Origin: a candidate division FCPU426 bacterium
GTDB taxonomy: Bacteria; Oederibacteriota; Muellerivitia; Muellerivitales; Muellerivitaceae
Assembly: GCA_963738405.1 (NCBI GenBank)
Contig: CAVTWJ010000009.1
Location: 32,001 to 96,000 of the forward strand
DNA length: 64,000 bases
Direction of reading: 5' to 3'
The translations under genes and the position numbers were made by a program. How positions within the stretch are numbered: the first letter of the stretch is position 1; each line of letters begins with the position of its first letter. Positions 9,105-18,014 of this stretch are shown in pieces. Below the pieces are notes generated by a model, which saw nothing but the letters and a program-made list of their open reading frames with translations, ran no database searches and was not told where the DNA came from.

Positions 9105-9953
9105 ATGGAAAATCATCCCGCCGAGTCTGAAAAGATCAAATCCGCCGTGAGGGAAAGATACGGCAAGATCGCCGAATCAGCCCAGCCGACCTCCTGCTGC
9201 GGGATGGAAGAATCCCAAACGCCTTCTTCCTGCTGCGGGGGAGGGGAAGAGAAGGGCGGGTTCTCCTACAGCTTCATCGGGGAAGATTACCAGAAGCTTC
9301 CGGGCTACCAGCCCGAGGCGGACCTGGGGCTGGGCTGCGGCCTTCCCACCGAATTGGCGGTTATCCAGGAGGGGGACCATGTCCTTGACCTGGGGAGCGG
9401 GGCCGGCAACGACGCCTTCGTGGCCCGCCGGATCGTGGGGGAAAAGGGCCGGGTGACCGGCGTGGATATGACGCCCCAAATGATCGAAAAGGCGAAAGCC
9501 AACAGCCAAAAGCTGGGTTATGCCAATGTGGATTTTCTTCTAGGTGAAATCGAAAAACTTCCCTTAGCTGACGGCACGGTGGATGTGGTGATCAGCAATT
9601 GCGTCCTGAACCTGGTGCCTGACAAGGCGCAAGCCTTTAAGGAAATCTTCCGGGTGCTCAAACCCGGGGGCCATTTCAATGTTTCGGATATCGTGCTGGA
9701 CCGGGAATTGCCCGAAAAACTCCGCAGGGAAGCCGAACTTTACGTGGGTTGCGTTTCGGGAGCCAGCCGGCGGAGTGAATATTTGGAATTGATTCAAAGC
9801 GCGGGTTTTAAAGATGTCCGGGTTCAAAAAGACCGCCGGGTGGATGTTCCGCAGGAAATCCTGAAGAAGTACCTGAGCCAAGCTGAATTGCGGGAAATGG
9901 AAGCGTGGGGCTTAGGCATCGCCAGCATCACGGTTTGGGGCGTGAAGCCTTGA
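9105..9953 (+). CDS. arsM: Arsenite S-adenosylmethionine methyltransferase
   Basis: LGLGCGLP, VLDLGSGAG, ISNCVLNL and YVGCVSGA motifs; N-terminal CC pairs. Confidence 0.93.
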   Translation: MENHPAESEKIKSAVRERYGKIAESAQPTSCCGMEESQTPSSCCGGGEEKGGFSYSFIGEDYQKLPGYQPEADLGLGCGLPTELAVIQEGDHVLDLGSGAGNDAFVARRIVGEKGRVTGVDMTPQMIEKAKANSQKLGYANVDFLLGEIEKLPLADGTVDVVISNCVLNLVPDKAQAFKEIFRVLKPGGHFNVSDIVLDRELPEKLRREAELYVGCVSGASRRSEYLELIQSAGFKDVRVQKDRRVDVPQEILKKYLSQAELREMEAWGLGIASITVWGVKP

Positions 9954-11047
9954 AACCGGCGGCCCCAATAGCCGGCAAGGGGAAGAACGCCACGGGCCTA
10001 GCCGCCAAGATGAACATTTTCGAGCGGTACCTATCCCTATGGGTCGCTCTTTGCATGGGTTTAGGCATCCTCATCGGAAAATTTTTTCCCCAGGTCGTTA
10101 CCTCCCTTCAAGGCATGGAATTCGGCACTGGAAGCCATATCAACATTCCCATCGCCATTCTCATCTGGCTGATGATCTACCCCATGATGTTGAAGATTGA
10201 TTTTGCGTCCCTCAAAGGCGTGGGGAAGAAGCCGAAGGGTTTGCTGGTGACCCTTTTCGTCAATTGGCTGGTCAAACCCTTTTCCATGGCCCTCTTCGGA
10301 TGGTTGTTCCTCAAAGTTCTCTTCGTCCCCTGGCTGGGGCCCGAGATGGCCAACCAATATCTGGCGGGGGTCATTATCCTGGCCGCCGCTCCCTGCACGG
10401 CCATGGTTTTTGTCTGGTCCTATTTGGCGGGCGGGGACGCGGCCTATACCCTGGTTCAGGTTTCCGTGAACGACCTCATCATGTTGGTGGCTTTCGCCCC
10501 GATCGTGCGGTTCCTTGTGTCGGGCGCCTCGGGGTTGGAAGTGCCTTTCCAGGTTCTTTTATATTCGGTGGTCATCTTTGTGGTGATCCCCTTAAGTCTA
10601 GGGGCTTTGAGCCGTTGGACCCTTATTCGGGCCAAGGGCGCCAGATGGTTTAATGAAAAATTCATGACCTTCTTTCATCCCCTCACCATCCTGGCCCTGT
10701 TGGCCACACTGGTTTTAATTTTCGCCTTTCAGGCCGGGAACATCACGAACCGCTGGGTCGATGTGTTCCTCATCGCCATCCCGATCCTGATCCAGGTCTA
10801 TTTCAACGCGGGTTTGGCCTACGGTTTGATGAAACTTTTTAAAGTGCCCTATCCGGTGGCGGCGCCGGGCGCGTTGATTGGCGCCTCGAATTTCTTTGAG
10901 TTGGCGGTGGCGACCGCCATCGCGCTTTACGGGCCCGGAAGCGGGGCCGCTTTGGCGACGGTGGTGGGGGTCCTAGTGGAGGTTCCGGTCATGCTATCGG
11001 TTTGTTCCATTTGCGTTTCGAGTAAAAAATGGTTTGAAAAGGGCTGA
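9950..11047 (+). CDS. acr3: Acr3-family arsenite efflux transporter
   Basis: FERYLSLWV, AAPCTAMVFVWS, GASNFFELAVA and VEVPVML motifs; start is TTG 9950 (coupled to arsM) or ATG 10010. Confidence 0.95.
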   Translation: MKPAAPIAGKGKNATGLAAKMNIFERYLSLWVALCMGLGILIGKFFPQVVTSLQGMEFGTGSHINIPIAILIWLMIYPMMLKIDFASLKGVGKKPKGLLVTLFVNWLVKPFSMALFGWLFLKVLFVPWLGPEMANQYLAGVIILAAAPCTAMVFVWSYLAGGDAAYTLVQVSVNDLIMLVAFAPIVRFLVSGASGLEVPFQVLLYSVVIFVVIPLSLGALSRWTLIRAKGARWFNEKFMTFFHPLTILALLATLVLIFAFQAGNITNRWVDVFLIAIPILIQVYFNAGLAYGLMKLFKVPYPVAAPGALIGASNFFELAVATAIALYGPGSGAALATVVGVLVEVPVMLSVCSICVSSKKWFEKG

Positions 11048-11067
11048 CCCCGAAAGTGTTTTTTGTT

Positions 11068-11093
11068 CCAAGACCCTGCGGGTCTTTGGTTTT
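11068..11093 (+). terminator. Possible intrinsic terminator after acr3
   Basis: ccaagaccc-tgc-gggtctttgg hairpin followed by tttt. Confidence 0.45.
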
Positions 11094-11099
11094 GACTTT

Positions 11100-11174
11100 C
11101 TCTTTCCGCCGGTCAGGTTTGCGGGGCCCACTGGAACGGGCAGCTCCACCCGTAAGTCCTGGCCGGGGAAGGAG
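11100..11174. other. Long GC-rich stem-loop with potential pseudoknot (REP-like element or structured RNA)
   Basis: Stems ctctttcc/ggaaggag, ccggtcagg/cctggccgg and ttgcggg/cccgtaa enclose gccc-actggaac-gggc; loop tgga can pair with downstream tcca. Confidence 0.5.
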
Positions 11175-11234
11175 TTTTCAACCGCTTGATTTACGATGGC
11201 GCTCGTCTCAAATTAAATCATGAAGGAATAACCC

Positions 11235-11636
11235 ATGAAAAAAATCCTTTTTCTCTGCGTGGCCAATTCGGCCCGGAGCCAAATGGCCGAAGGGTTAGCC
11301 AAGGCTTACTTTGGGGATCAGGCCCTCGTTCAAAGCGCCGGATCCAAACCCTCGAAGGTGAATCCCTACGCCGTCATGGCGATGGCTGAAATCAACATCG
11401 ACATTTCCAAAAACCGGTCCAAGTCGGTGGAAGAGATCGACCCTTCCACCGTGGACACGGTCATCACCCTTTGCGCCGAGGAGGAATGCCCGGTCTTTTT
11501 AGGAAAGGCCGAAAGGTTCCATTGGGGCCTTCCAGACCCGGGCGTGGGAAAAAACACCGATGAAGAAAAGCTTCAAAGCTTCCGGGAAGTCCGCGATGAA
11601 ATAAAAAAAAGAATTGAAGCGCGATTTCCCAAATAA
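11235..11636 (+). CDS. arsC: Second LMW-PTP-type arsenate reductase
   Basis: [22 protein letters not shown] and HWGLPDP motifs. Confidence 0.88.
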   Translation: MKKILFLCVANSARSQMAEGLAKAYFGDQALVQSAGSKPSKVNPYAVMAMAEINIDISKNRSKSVEEIDPSTVDTVITLCAEEECPVFLGKAERFHWGLPDPGVGKNTDEEKLQSFREVRDEIKKRIEARFPK

Positions 11637-11643
11637 AAAGGGA

Positions 11644-11886
11644 TTACAGAGTCTTGTGGGTGCCGTCGCAGTAGGGCTTGTTCTTGGAATGCTTGCACTG
11701 GCACAAGAAGGCGGTCTTGGTTTCCTCGGCCTTGAATACGATAGGCGCAAAACCCTCGTGTTCCTTATGGCTTCCGTCGCAAAAGGGCTGGCTCTTGGAA
11801 TAACCGCAGGCGCACCAGGCGTAGGTTTTTCCGGATTCCAACTCGACCTTGGCGGGGAATTTGGCGGCGATATTCGGCTCGGACAT
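11644..11886 (-). CDS. CDGSH iron-sulfur protein with two CDGSH motifs (MiNT-like)
   Basis: WCACGYSKSQPFCDGSH and LCQCKHSKNKPYCDGTH. Confidence 0.93.
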   Translation of the reverse strand: MSEPNIAAKFPAKVELESGKTYAWCACGYSKSQPFCDGSHKEHEGFAPIVFKAEETKTAFLCQCKHSKNKPYCDGTHKTL

Positions 11887-12123
11887 AGGGGCTCTCCTAA
11901 AATTTTTTCGACAAACTCAACAGTCCCTTCATGCTAGGGAGCCTGCCTGTTAAATACAACCTCCCGGCTTTTATTGCGGTTACGAAAGGGTAACAATCTT
12001 TCATCTTTCTTTTGAAACCTGAAAAAACCTATTGGTGTGGGTAAAACCCATTGTTAGAGTTAAAGTAGTGTTTAGCCCTGCGTTCATACATTCCCAGGGC
12101 GGCAACAACGCCAAGGATCACTT

Positions 12124-14040
12124 ATGACCGACGCCACAAACCGGGAACTGGAATGGCTGGAAACGGACGGCCTAGGGGGCTTTGCTTCCGGGACGGCCCT
12201 GGGGCTCCGCACCCGCAGGTACCATTCCCTCCTTCTAACCGCTACCACACCCCCGACAGGGCGCATGGCCCTGATCAAGGGCGTGGATGCCTGGGTGGAA
12301 ACGGGCGACGATTTTAATTTCTTGAATCCCCAGGCCTATTATCCCGATGTGTTGGTTCCCGAAAAAACCGATGCCCTGGTTTCCTTTGAGGCCAAGCCCT
12401 GGCCCCGCTGGGTTTACAAGCTCAGCAACGGGCTTTTGTTGGAATACGAATTTTTCGTGCCCCATGGAAAACCCATGGCCGTGCTTTCTTTCAAATTGCT
12501 TTCCGAATCGGGCTCGGTTCGGCTTTCCTTAAGGCCCCTTTTGGCGGGCTGCGATTACCATTCCCTTCACCACGAAAACCCCGATTTCCGGTTTGAGGCC
12601 GATGTGTTCGATAAGTTGGTCCAGTGGAGGCCCTATCCGGGATTGCCGGTGATCTCCGCATTGCACAACGGCCATTACCATCACAAACCCGACTGGTACC
12701 GCCAATTCCTTTATGAAAAGGAAAGGGAAAGGGGCCTGGACCATCTGGAAGACCTGGCCTCCCCGGGGCTCTTTCAATGGACCATCACCAAGACCCGCGC
12801 GGTCATCCTTTTTTCAGCCAACGGCATCCGCCCCGCCGGGGAACAGGACCTGCCCCAGGTTGAGGAGATGTACGACTCGCTCCGGAGTGCCGAGGAAGAA
12901 AGGCGAAAATGCTTCGCCTCCCCGCTTCAAAAAAGCTCCGAATCCTATTTCGTGAAAAGAGGAAAGGGAAAATCCATCGTGGCGGGCTATCCCTGGTTTA
13001 CCGATTGGGGAAGGGACACCTTTATCGCGCTGAGGGGTCTGGGCATTGCCCAAGGTCGGATGGAGGAAAGCCGGGATATATTGCTCGAATGGTCCCGCAC
13101 TCTCGACCCCCAAGGCATGCTGCCCAACCGTTTCCCCGACAAGGGGGAAGACCCCGATTACAATTCCGCCGATTCGGCCCTTTGGTTCATCCAGGCGGTG
13201 AGGGAATATTTCCTCGCGGGGGGGAAGGGCGGGGAAAAGGAACTGGCCGAGGCGGTGTGGAAGATTTTGGAAGGTTATAAGGCTGGGATCCGTGTGGGAA
13301 TCGGGGTGGATCATGACGGCCTCCTGTGGGTCGGGGAAGGCGACAGCTCCCTGACTTGGATGGACGCGAGGGTCAACGGCGGCGCGGTCACGCCCCGGGT
13401 GGGGAAACCCGTCGAAGTGGAGGCCCTTTGGCTCAACGCGATCTTCTTCGCCCTCACGCTGACGAAGACTCCCCATCCCGAATGGAAAGAGCTTTTCGAC
13501 CGGGGGATGAAATCTTTCCAGGAAAAATTCTGGTATGAGCGGGGCGGCTACCTTTATGACGTGGTGGACCGGGACCGGTTTCCCAATTCGGTCGACACTC
13601 GCTTTCGACCCAATCAAATATTCGCGGCCGGCGGCCTTCCCTTGACGCTGGTGCCGCCGGATCAGGCCCGCCGGGTCGTGGAGCAAGTTGAAAAGAGGCT
13701 TTGGACTCCCGGCGGTTTGAGAACCTTGGCGCCCGGGGAACCGGGCTACCAGCCCCATTACCGGGGAAGCGTCATCGAGAGGGACAGCGCCTACCACCAA
13801 GGCCCGGCTTGGCCCTGGCTTCTGGGACCCTTCGTGGAGGCTTGGTTGAAAGTTGAGGGGGCGGATAAAACCGAAGCGAAGAAAAAATTCCTGGATCCCT
13901 TGATGGAGCGCCTGAAGGAAACGGAAACGAACCACCTGCCTGAACTTTTTGACGGGGAAGAACCGTTCCAAGCCGGAGGTTGTCCCTTCCAGGCATGGTC
14001 CCTGGGAGAACTATTACGGTTGGAAAAAATCCTTTCCTAA
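12124..14040 (+). CDS. Glycogen debranching enzyme-like amylo-alpha-1,6-glucosidase
   Basis: EWLETDGLGGFASGT, AGYPWFTDWGRDTFI, LTWMDA, YHQGPAWPWL and CPFQAWS motifs. Confidence 0.92.
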   Translation: MTDATNRELEWLETDGLGGFASGTALGLRTRRYHSLLLTATTPPTGRMALIKGVDAWVETGDDFNFLNPQAYYPDVLVPEKTDALVSFEAKPWPRWVYKLSNGLLLEYEFFVPHGKPMAVLSFKLLSESGSVRLSLRPLLAGCDYHSLHHENPDFRFEADVFDKLVQWRPYPGLPVISALHNGHYHHKPDWYRQFLYEKERERGLDHLEDLASPGLFQWTITKTRAVILFSANGIRPAGEQDLPQVEEMYDSLRSAEEERRKCFASPLQKSSESYFVKRGKGKSIVAGYPWFTDWGRDTFIALRGLGIAQGRMEESRDILLEWSRTLDPQGMLPNRFPDKGEDPDYNSADSALWFIQAVREYFLAGGKGGEKELAEAVWKILEGYKAGIRVGIGVDHDGLLWVGEGDSSLTWMDARVNGGAVTPRVGKPVEVEALWLNAIFFALTLTKTPHPEWKELFDRGMKSFQEKFWYERGGYLYDVVDRDRFPNSVDTRFRPNQIFAAGGLPLTLVPPDQARRVVEQVEKRLWTPGGLRTLAPGEPGYQPHYRGSVIERDSAYHQGPAWPWLLGPFVEAWLKVEGADKTEAKKKFLDPLMERLKETETNHLPELFDGEEPFQAGGCPFQAWSLGELLRLEKILS

Positions 14041-14080
14041 AGACTCTTGTTCCCTTTTATATTTCCTATAATACGCCCTC

Positions 14081-14740
14081 ATGAAAAACCTCCTAACCCT
14101 CCTCCTCTTTTCCGGAGCTCTTCTTTCCTTTTTTTCCACCCCGGCTTGGTCGGATGACGCCGACCCGAGGCTTCGGGTGCTTGATTGCGTGGGGAATGTG
14201 ACCGTATTACGAGACCAAACGGAAGAAACCACCCGATTGCGCGCAGATCTGCACGTGGATGACGGTGACAGGATCGTCACCGGCCCCAAGTCCGAGGCGG
14301 TTTTGAGGCTGAAGAACCGGGTTTACCTCCACCTGGCTGAAAACACCCGCCTTTCCATCAGCCGCCTCCGCTATTTCGAGGGACGGGGACTGACCTTTCG
14401 AGTGACACTCCTGTCGGGAAAATTAGTGGCCCAGATGGACCAAAAACCCGACTACCCCTTTGAAATTTACGCCGGAGATGTCGTCTGCCAGGCCCACGGC
14501 ACCTTGGTGGAGGTGGTGAAGCAGGGCGACCAGGTGAAGGTCTATTCCCACCAGGGGGCCTTCGTGACCAGCAGTAAGGGAAGGACCGAAATCGCCAAAA
14601 AGGGCCAGGTGGTGGTTTATACGGGTGGAATATTTAAGGATAAGTACTCTATTTCCACCGAGGACGAAGCGGATTTAACCGAGTGGCGGGAGCATTTGCA
14701 CGACATTCGCACCGGCCATTCCCACGGCGGGCCCCATTAA
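14081..14740 (+). CDS. Secreted FecR-domain protein
   Basis: Signal peptide; GDRIVTGPKSEAVL...LAENTRL and HGT motifs. Confidence 0.75.
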   Translation: MKNLLTLLLFSGALLSFFSTPAWSDDADPRLRVLDCVGNVTVLRDQTEETTRLRADLHVDDGDRIVTGPKSEAVLRLKNRVYLHLAENTRLSISRLRYFEGRGLTFRVTLLSGKLVAQMDQKPDYPFEIYAGDVVCQAHGTLVEVVKQGDQVKVYSHQGAFVTSSKGRTEIAKKGQVVVYTGGIFKDKYSISTEDEADLTEWREHLHDIRTGHSHGGPH

Positions 14741-14872
14741 TTTACCCCGACGTTGAGGGGCATTGATGCTTGACTCCCCACGCGAAACCCCCGACAATTA
14801 CGCCTCCCCAGGGGGCCTTCCGGACCATACCCGGCAAGGATTTCCCACCAAGAAAGGCATAGAGACCCACAG

Positions 14873-16540
14873 ATGATTTCAGCGAAAGAAGTAACCCTCC
14901 GCTTCGGCAAGAAAACCCTATTCGACAAGGTCACGGTCAAGTTCAACCCGGGCTATTGCTATGGCCTGATCGGCGCCAACGGCGCGGGTAAATCCACCTT
15001 CATGAAAATCCTGGCCGGCCAGCTCAAGCCCGACGAGGGAGAAATCGCGGTGGACCGGGGCGTCAAGGTGGCTATGCTCAAGCAGGACCAGTACGCCTTC
15101 GATGAGTACACGGTTCTCGATACGGTCTTGATGGGGCAAGAAGAGCTCTGGAAAATCCAGCAGGAAAAGGACGCTCTCTACGCCAAACCCGAGATGACCC
15201 ACGACGAGGGCCTGAGGGCCGCCGAATTGGAAGCCCAGTTCGGGGACATGGACGGCTACGCCTACGCCGCCGCCGCGGGCGAGCTGTTGGAAGGCTTGGG
15301 GATTGAGACTGCCCGGCACGAAACCAAGATGAAACTTTTGACCGGCGGTTGGAAGGTGCGGGTGCTGTTAGCCCAGGTGCTTTACGCCAAGCCGGGGGTG
15401 CTGCTCCTCGACGAACCCACCAACAATCTGGATATCCGAACTATCGACTGGCTTGAGGATTACCTGAATTCTTATGAAGGAACCATCATCGTCATTTCCC
15501 ATGACCGCCATTTTCTAAACCACATCTGTACCCATATCGCCGACGTGGACCGGGAAAAGGTGACCGTCTATACCGGCAACTACGATTTCTTCGTGCACGC
15601 CTCCCAGCAGAACCTGGACGCCAAGATGACCGAGAACGCCCGCAAGGAAAAACAAATCTCCGAACTGAAAGCCTTTGTGGCCCGGTTTTCGGCCAACGCC
15701 TCCAAGAGCGCCCAAGCCACCAGCCGTGCCCGGCTCCTGGAAAAAATCGAACTGGAACAAATCATCCCCTCGACCCGGCAATATCCCCGCTTGTTCTTCA
15801 AGGAAAAGCAGGGTGCGGGCAAGGACATCCTCAACGTCAAAAGCATCAGCAAGGGATTTGGCGATTTGAAAGTGCTGAGAAAAGTCAGCTTCATCGTGGG
15901 CAACGGCGACAAGGTGGCCATCATCGGCCCCAACGGCGTGGGCAAGACCACCCTGATCAAGTGTCTGGTCGGGGCCTTTCAAAACGAGGGGTCCAACCTG
16001 GCCCAGTGGGGCTTGAAGATCGACGAGGGGCAGATCGCCTGGGGCTCCACGGTGAAACTTTCCAGCATGCCCCAGGACGTGAAGGAAGAATTGACCACCG
16101 ACATGACGGCCCTGGAATGGCTGCGACAGTTCGCGCCATTGGAAGAGGGCCAGGTAATCCGCGGTATGCTCGGGCGAATGCTTTTTACCGGCGAAGAGCA
16201 GGACAAGAGCGTGAAGGTGCTATCGGGCGGTGAGTGCCAACGCATGGTGCTATCCCGCCTGATGATCGAAGGCGGAAACGTTCTGATTTTGGACGAACCC
16301 ACCAACCACATGGACCTGGAATCCATCGAGTCCATGAGCAAGTCGCTGGAAGAGTACACGGGCACGGTGATTTTCTCATCCCATGACCAGGATTTGATCG
16401 GCAAGGTGGCCAACCGGATTTTCGAACTGAGACCCGACGGTACCTACTCGGACTTCAAGGGAAGTTACGCCGAATATGAGGATTGGTCGGCCCGGGAAGT
16501 CAAAAAGGCCAAAGAAGCGGCGAAAAGCGCCAAAAAATAA
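14873..16540 (+). CDS. ABC-F ribosome-associated ATPase (YbiT-like)
   Basis: Two ABC domains (GANGAGKST, GPNGVGKTT), DEPTN motifs, RFSANASKSAQATSR linker, no TM helices. Confidence 0.92.
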   Translation: MISAKEVTLRFGKKTLFDKVTVKFNPGYCYGLIGANGAGKSTFMKILAGQLKPDEGEIAVDRGVKVAMLKQDQYAFDEYTVLDTVLMGQEELWKIQQEKDALYAKPEMTHDEGLRAAELEAQFGDMDGYAYAAAAGELLEGLGIETARHETKMKLLTGGWKVRVLLAQVLYAKPGVLLLDEPTNNLDIRTIDWLEDYLNSYEGTIIVISHDRHFLNHICTHIADVDREKVTVYTGNYDFFVHASQQNLDAKMTENARKEKQISELKAFVARFSANASKSAQATSRARLLEKIELEQIIPSTRQYPRLFFKEKQGAGKDILNVKSISKGFGDLKVLRKVSFIVGNGDKVAIIGPNGVGKTTLIKCLVGAFQNEGSNLAQWGLKIDEGQIAWGSTVKLSSMPQDVKEELTTDMTALEWLRQFAPLEEGQVIRGMLGRMLFTGEEQDKSVKVLSGGECQRMVLSRLMIEGGNVLILDEPTNHMDLESIESMSKSLEEYTGTVIFSSHDQDLIGKVANRIFELRPDGTYSDFKGSYAEYEDWSAREVKKAKEAAKSAKK

Positions 16541-16610
16541 ACCGCGGACCTGCCTTCTTTAGGGGCGGCCGTTATAATCATCCAAAAGTTGTTTAAAGGC
16601 GGAGGAATCA

Positions 16611-16919
16611 ATGGCGGAACAAACCTGGCAGGAAAGAATCAAGACGGGGCGCAACGAAGATTGTCCCTGCGGATCGAAAAAGAAATACAAGAAGTGCCAT
16701 TTGCAGGCCGACGAAAAGGCCGAAAGCGAGGCCCTGGCGAATGTGAACGCCGCCGCGGCCGCCGAGGCGAAGAAGCACGAGGACGAGCATGACCACGAGC
16801 ACCATGACCATGAGCATCCCCACGCTCACAAGCATGAGAAGGGCGGTCCGGCCAGGCCCCATACTTCCACGAATACCTCCAAACAGACGAGCGCTCCCCG
16901 CAAGGTAGGATCGTCTTAA
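16611..16919 (+). CDS. SEC-C motif protein with His-rich tail
   Basis: GRNEDCPCGSKKKYKKCH followed by HEDEHDHEHHDHEHPHAHKH; RBS ggagg. Confidence 0.8.
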   Translation: MAEQTWQERIKTGRNEDCPCGSKKKYKKCHLQADEKAESEALANVNAAAAAEAKKHEDEHDHEHHDHEHPHAHKHEKGGPARPHTSTNTSKQTSAPRKVGSS

Positions 16920-16936
16920 GGCTTTCAAAACATAAT

Positions 16937-17037
16937 TTTCACCACCAAGGCACAAAGACACCAAGGACAACGAAGTTTTCTTGATTTTAAGCTTTTTTAA
17001 CCTGTCTTTCTTGGTGACTTGGCGTCTTGGTGGTAAA
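16937..17037. repeat. Miniature inverted-repeat element (caccaaggcacaaag type)
   Basis: Left arm ttcaccaccaaggcacaaagacaccaagg; right arm reverse complement tttaccaccaagacgccaagtcaccaaga; arms show about 8-nt internal periodicity around an AT-rich spacer. Confidence 0.7.
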
Positions 17038-17057
17038 GATGGTTTAAAGGAGTTGTT

Positions 17058-17444
17058 ATGCCGAGGGAAAACATCAGCACGGGCTCGAAGTGGGAGCCGA
17101 TTTTAGGCTATTCTCGCGCGGTCAAGGTAGGTTCCCATTTGTTCGTATCCGGCACCACCGGCACGGGACCGGACGGCAAAATTGTGGGCGTCGGCGACGC
17201 CTACGCCCAAACGGTGCAGGCCCTGAAGAATCTGAAGGCCGGGCTGGAGAAGGCGGGTTTTTCAGCGTCCGACGTGGTGCGCACCCGGCTTTTCGTGACC
17301 GAAGCCGCCGAATGGGAAAAATACGGCAAGGCTCACGGCGAGGTTTTTGGCGAGATCCGCCCCGCCATGACGCTGGTGGAAGTTTCCCGGCTGATCGATC
17401 CGGACATGATGGTCGAGATCGAAGCGGATGCTTATAAAGCCTGA
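17058..17444 (+). CDS. RidA/YjgF/UK114 family protein
   Basis: [20 protein letters not shown] and VEIEA motifs. Confidence 0.9.
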   Translation: MPRENISTGSKWEPILGYSRAVKVGSHLFVSGTTGTGPDGKIVGVGDAYAQTVQALKNLKAGLEKAGFSASDVVRTRLFVTEAAEWEKYGKAHGEVFGEIRPAMTLVEVSRLIDPDMMVEIEADAYKA

Positions 17445-17473
17445 CGCCTTGCCTGAGAACCGGTTTTAAAACC

Positions 17474-17513
17474 AAGCCTCTTTCCCATACGGGCAAGGGG
17501 CTTTTTGTTTTTT
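17474..17513 (+). terminator. Intrinsic terminator
   Basis: aagcctctttccc-atac-gggcaaggggctt followed by a T-rich run. Confidence 0.65.
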
Positions 17514-17527
17514 GAAAGGAAATAAGA

Positions 17528-18004
17528 ATGGAACATTTATGGATGCCCGACATTCCGCTGGCCGAAAAAATATTGCGTTCGGTAGTGGTTTATCTTTTTC
17601 TTCTTTTGGCTTTCCGCTTCACGGGCAAGCGCCAAGTGGGATCCATGACGCCCTTCGACCTGGTAGTGCTATTGATCATCTCCAATGTGGTGCAAAACGC
17701 CGTGATCGGAAACGACAATTCCCTGGGCGGGGGGCTGATCGGGGCGGTGACCATCCTTCTCTTGAACTGGGGCGTGGTGGAACTGGCCTACCGCTTCAAG
17801 GGCGCCCGCCGGACTTTGGAAGGAGAGCCCACCCTTTTGGTGCATAACGGGAAAATACTTCAACATCGTTTAGAAAGAGAGCGCATTACCCACGATGATC
17901 TGGAGGGGGCCTTGCGCAAAAGCGGGGTGGTGAATGTTTCTGAAGTGCGCTTTGCGGTGCTGGAAGAAAACGGGCAGATTTCGGTGATACCCAAAGGAAA
18001 GTGA
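17528..18004 (+). CDS. DUF421/YetF-like membrane protein
   Basis: GKRQVGSMTPFDLVV, GEPTLLVHNG and AVLEENGQISVI motifs. Confidence 0.9.
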   Translation: MEHLWMPDIPLAEKILRSVVVYLFLLLAFRFTGKRQVGSMTPFDLVVLLIISNVVQNAVIGNDNSLGGGLIGAVTILLLNWGVVELAYRFKGARRTLEGEPTLLVHNGKILQHRLERERITHDDLEGALRKSGVVNVSEVRFAVLEENGQISVIPKGK

Positions 18005-18014
18005 ATCCGAGAAG

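Noticed and set aside
11100..11174. SRP RNA (ffs), suggested by ccggtcagg...gcagc
   Set aside because: It lacks the conserved CAGG-x-CC-GGAA-GG-x-AGCAGC helix-8 arrangement with a GNRA tetraloop.
8252..11636. ars cluster as a transposon or island
   Set aside because: No transposase, integrase or terminal repeats seen, and its composition resembles the flanking genes.
12814..13971. 385-aa minus-strand ORF
   Set aside because: Antisense shadow of the clearly recognisable debranching enzyme; no motifs.
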